Shown here: positions 59,047 through 64,000 of the stretch, in pieces
How the letters are laid out: each line of letters begins with the position of its first letter
Numbering within the stretch: the first letter of the stretch is position 1
Assembly: GCA_965219455.1 (NCBI GenBank)
Contig: OZ244744.1
Span: forward strand, 1,792,001-1,856,000
Length of the DNA: 64,000 nucleotides
Source of the DNA: Candidatus Latescibacterota bacterium
Lineage (GTDB): Bacteria; Latescibacterota; UBA2968; GCA-2709665
Reading direction: 5' to 3'
Made by a program: the position numbers and the translations under genes
The notes under the pieces: model-generated
What the model was told of the DNA's origin: nothing
Databases searched by the model: none
Seen by the model: only the letters and a program-made list of their open reading frames with translations

Positions 59047-61026
59047 TTAATAATTGTGCACGCCGTGTCCCTGGCCGGGGAACCAGATGGCGTCCACGAG
59101 GAAGGAGAACGTGATGGCCAGGACATAGCCGGTCAGCAGGCCCAGGAAGGCGGGTTGCCACTTTCGGTAGAGGTTGACGCCGCCGACCTTGAGCAGAATG
59201 GCCTTGATGGCCCAGACGACAAAGATCGAGAAGAACGTGAGCTGGGTGTTCCAGGAGAAGGCAATGGGAAAGGCGATAGGATGAAAGGGCCACCACGGGA
59301 GCCGGTAGTGCAAGAAGGTAAGCAGGGACATCGCGGCGGCGCCCACGCAGAAGACGGCCAGGCGCTCCCAACTGGTATCGAAGGGGCTCCGCATCTGGGT
59401 AACGGTGAGGTCGTAGGCGAAGCGGCCGGCGCTGGAGAAGGGCCAGGCGTTGAAATTGAAGGCGCCGGTTCGGTAACCGAGGTGGATGGTGAGGGCGAAG
59501 TCCGCCGCCAGCCCCACGAGCACGACCAGGGCCAGTGCGGGGACCAGGCGGCGTCGGTTGCGGCGGATGAGGTCCGCTAGTCGAACCACGTGCATAAAGG
59601 GAGACATAAACGTGCCTTTGCCTTGGCAGACAAGGCTGTACGTGAGGCTGACGCCGGACATGCTGGCGGACGAAAGAGAGGTGGTGCCAATCGTGTAGAG
59701 GGCGGCGTACTGTTCGGTCAACGTGGTACGCATGTAGGCCAGACCGGTCTCCGAGACGATACGGGCTATGGAGAGATAATTGACGATCAGCGCGGGCACC
59801 AGCAGCGCGACGAGTTTGCCCTGCATGCCCAGCTGGGCGAAGAAGGCGCAAATGAAGACGAGGCTGCCGATGAGCCCGAACACGGCGGCGCGGTAGGAGA
59901 GCAATTCGCCGGCATCGTCGGCATCCCCCTTTCCGAACGCCCTGGCGAAAACGGCTCTGATATGGGTCCGCGCGGTCCAGAGGTTCCACAGTACCAGCGC
60001 TGCCAGGGCGCCGAAGCCCTGCCAGGCCGTGACTTCGGTTTCGGCCGAGAAATTGAGCGGCTTGCGCGGGATAACGTATCCGATACGGTTTATGATGCCG
60101 TTTTCGAACCAGAAAAAGAGGACAAAGAAGACCCAGATGGAAAACAGGATATTCAGGTTGGCGAAGTACGCGAATCCCGCGGTCAGAAAGTTGATGCGGG
60201 TGTTGACACGCGGAAATCCCTTCGCGAACACGACCCATTTGCCCTGTAACGGGATTTTGGGCACGACTGGCCAGAAATAGTTGAGGACGTTCCAGGTAAT
60301 GGCGCCGAATCCCACCCCGAAGCCACCCCAGAAGAGGCCGCCGCGAAGGGCATCGGGCAGGAAACCGCCGCGCGTCGCACGCGTCAGCGTGGCGCCTACG
60401 GAAGCAAGCGGAAAGACCAGGCGCTCGTCCCGCACCCACTGCTTGCGGAGGATAACCGAAATGCAGAACAGGAGCGCACAAAGGGCAAGCAGGAAGAAAA
60501 TCCAGCTGATGAGAGGAGAAACCCATGCATGGTAAGGCGCCTGCTGCCCATCGGGCAGACCCTCGTAAAACCAGGTCATCGCCTGATTTTCATTCGATGG
60601 CACGGCCCACCCGGGCATGTTGGGATGCAGATAGTTGGCCCACTGGTTCTCCGGGGTGGCGAAATAGTAGACGCCCGAAAGAATGCCCAGAAGAAAACCC
60701 GTGATGCCGGAGGTTGGTATTACGGCGCCTACGAACCCCATGGCCAGGACGGTGAGCAGTTCGGACGATTGGAGCGCGCTGTCAGGCCGGAGGCGGCGGA
60801 CGATCCCGTTGCCGATGACGAGCACGAGGAAGGTGGCGAAGAGGGCGAGGGGGAAGAAGGAGAGTTGCATCCGCGAGGCGTGGATGACGTATTCGGTCGT
60901 TGAAATCCAGAAATTGACGATGAGAACCAGCAGCAGACCGATGGCGACGGCGCGAAACGTCACCGCGTCGGATTTCGGTGCGGCGTGGGACCCGGACTCT
61001 GTCTGAACTGCGGAACTCTGCGCCAT
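59047..61026 (-). CDS. DUF6785/DUF6784-type polytopic membrane protein (putative transporter)
   Basis: VTFRAVAIG, YFATPENQW, LRKQWV..ERL.FPL and WWPFHPI motifs; many TM segments. Confidence 0.75.
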   Translation of the reverse strand: MAQSSAVQTESGSHAAPKSDAVTFRAVAIGLLLVLIVNFWISTTEYVIHASRMQLSFFPLALFATFLVLVIGNGIVRRLRPDSALQSSELLTVLAMGFVGAVIPTSGITGFLLGILSGVYYFATPENQWANYLHPNMPGWAVPSNENQAMTWFYEGLPDGQQAPYHAWVSPLISWIFFLLALCALLFCISVILRKQWVRDERLVFPLASVGATLTRATRGGFLPDALRGGLFWGGFGVGFGAITWNVLNYFWPVVPKIPLQGKWVVFAKGFPRVNTRINFLTAGFAYFANLNILFSIWVFFVLFFWFENGIINRIGYVIPRKPLNFSAETEVTAWQGFGALAALVLWNLWTARTHIRAVFARAFGKGDADDAGELLSYRAAVFGLIGSLVFICAFFAQLGMQGKLVALLVPALIVNYLSIARIVSETGLAYMRTTLTEQYAALYTIGTTSLSSASMSGVSLTYSLVCQGKGTFMSPFMHVVRLADLIRRNRRRLVPALALVVLVGLAADFALTIHLGYRTGAFNFNAWPFSSAGRFAYDLTVTQMRSPFDTSWERLAVFCVGAAAMSLLTFLHYRLPWWPFHPIAFPIAFSWNTQLTFFSIFVVWAIKAILLKVGGVNLYRKWQPAFLGLLTGYVLAITFSFLVDAIWFPGQGHGVHNY

Positions 61027-61060
61027 TTTTCCCTTTCTGCGGATCCCACCGCCAGAGGTC

Positions 61061-61085
61061 GGGCGCCCACAAGGGACGCCCCTAC
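61061..61085 (-). repeat. GTAG-type REP variant
   Basis: GTAGGGGCGTCCCTTGTGGGCGCCC; stem retained through paired substitutions. Confidence 0.7.
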
Positions 61086-61179
61086 AATGCGAGGTGGTGG
61101 GATTTTTCGCTAATACGCAGAATCGAGAGCATTTTTCTTGCTCTCGCCTTTATCCAGTCTACTATCCTGTCCATCCATG

Positions 61180-63158
<1,979 letters not shown>

Positions 63159-63159
63159 T

Positions 63160-64000
63160 TTATTCCGGTTCCTTCAGTTTCCAGCCCGGATTCGTGCCCC
63201 GCTGCATGTCCGGCGGAAGGGGTTCCACCAGTCTACCGTAGAGGTCGGGGCGGCGGGCGCGCAGATAGCGGTACCCGGAGGAGACCGGTATTTTATCGGG
63301 CGTGAGCAATCCCACCACCACGTCGTCCTCAAGCGCATCGGACTCGACCAGGATTTCACCAAACGGGTCCAGAATCATCGCATTGCCGTTCTTGACCGTG
63401 TCATGGTCGATGCCAACAGGATTCGTGTACACGGCGTAGACGCCGTTTTCGTAGGCACGGGCCGGCAGCCAGCGCATGAGCCAGCCCCGGCCCTTGGGCC
63501 CGTTGAACTCCTGCCGGAGGGTCACGGGGTCGCGGTGACGGTTCTCCCAGAGGGCGCGGTCGATGACACCCCGGCCCGGCATGGAAGAGGGCAGCCCGCA
63601 GGTGACGTGGGGCATGAAGATGACTTCGGCGCCCATCATGGCGGTAAGGCGCACGTTCTCGGGCAGGTTATTGTCATAACAGATCAGGATGCCTGCGCGG
63701 CAGCCGCAGAGGTCGAAAACAGTGAACGCATCGCCGGAGGCGATGAATTTGCTGATGAAGGCGTGCATTTTGCGATGCTTCGCGACGAAACCGTCGGGAC
63801 CCACGGCGACGCAGGTGTTATACAGGACGTCGTTTTCCGTTTCCACGAGGCCGGCCAGGACGGCAACGTTGTATTCCATGGCGATTTCGATAAGGCGTTT
63901 CGTGGAAGGGCCGCCCGGAACGGATTCGGCCAGTTCGGCAATGCGGGAACGCGGGAGAGTCTGCAGAAACGTGTATCCGGGAATGCAGCATTCGTGGAAG
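63160..64000 (-). CDS. Nitrilase/carbon-nitrogen hydrolase family (5' end outside the window)
   Basis: E-K-C triad in FHECC, HRKMH and ICYDN; frame stays open to the window edge. Confidence 0.9.
   Translation of the reverse strand, partial: FHECCIPGYTFLQTLPRSRIAELAESVPGGPSTKRLIEIAMEYNVAVLAGLVETENDVLYNTCVAVGPDGFVAKHRKMHAFISKFIASGDAFTVFDLCGCRAGILICYDNNLPENVRLTAMMGAEVIFMPHVTCGLPSSMPGRGVIDRALWENRHRDPVTLRQEFNGPKGRGWLMRWLPARAYENGVYAVYTNPVGIDHDTVKNGNAMILDPFGEILVESDALEDDVVVGLLTPDKIPVSSGYRYLRARRPDLYGRLVEPLPPDMQRGTNPGWKLKEPE

Noticed and set aside
58964-60526. 520-aa alternate-frame ORF, and similar long shadow ORFs at 343, 16030, 17273, 53553 and 55139
   Set aside because: Overlap well-supported genes; Arg/Pro-rich or antisense with no family signal

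Overview
High-GC bacterial chromosomal window. The gene mix (five GWxTD proteins, a DUF6785-type membrane protein, PhyH and enolase-superfamily enzymes, short-type ParC/ParE) suggests a Latescibacterota/Gemmatimonadota/Poribacteria-like organism; this is inference only. 1-23 kb holds catabolic and redox enzymes, a BrnT/BrnA toxin-antitoxin pair and many intergenic REP-like repeats. 23-27 kb is parE-parC. 32-42 kb and 54.7-59 kb carry an ECF sigma/anti-sigma pair and five TPR-GWxTD paralogues. 45-52 kb is a YtrA-GntR ABC operon and 61.2-63.2 kb is a complete group II intron. Most notable: (1) a 1.7-kb insertion element with no terminal inverted repeats, a hairpin at each end and a protein with Rep_trans-like (rolling-circle initiator) motifs, whose removal restores a permease ORF exactly; (2) a hidden SelN-like selenoprotein (C-V-U) with a SECIS-like hairpin, split into two ORFs by the ORF track; (3) a shared GAACC-N17-GTCT ECF promoter upstream of the sigma factor, a GWxTD gene and a thioredoxin-like gene; (4) a 109-bp CTAG-targeting MITE that splits a ~1050-aa GNAT gene. 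Family assignments come from motif recognition by eye, not from database searches.
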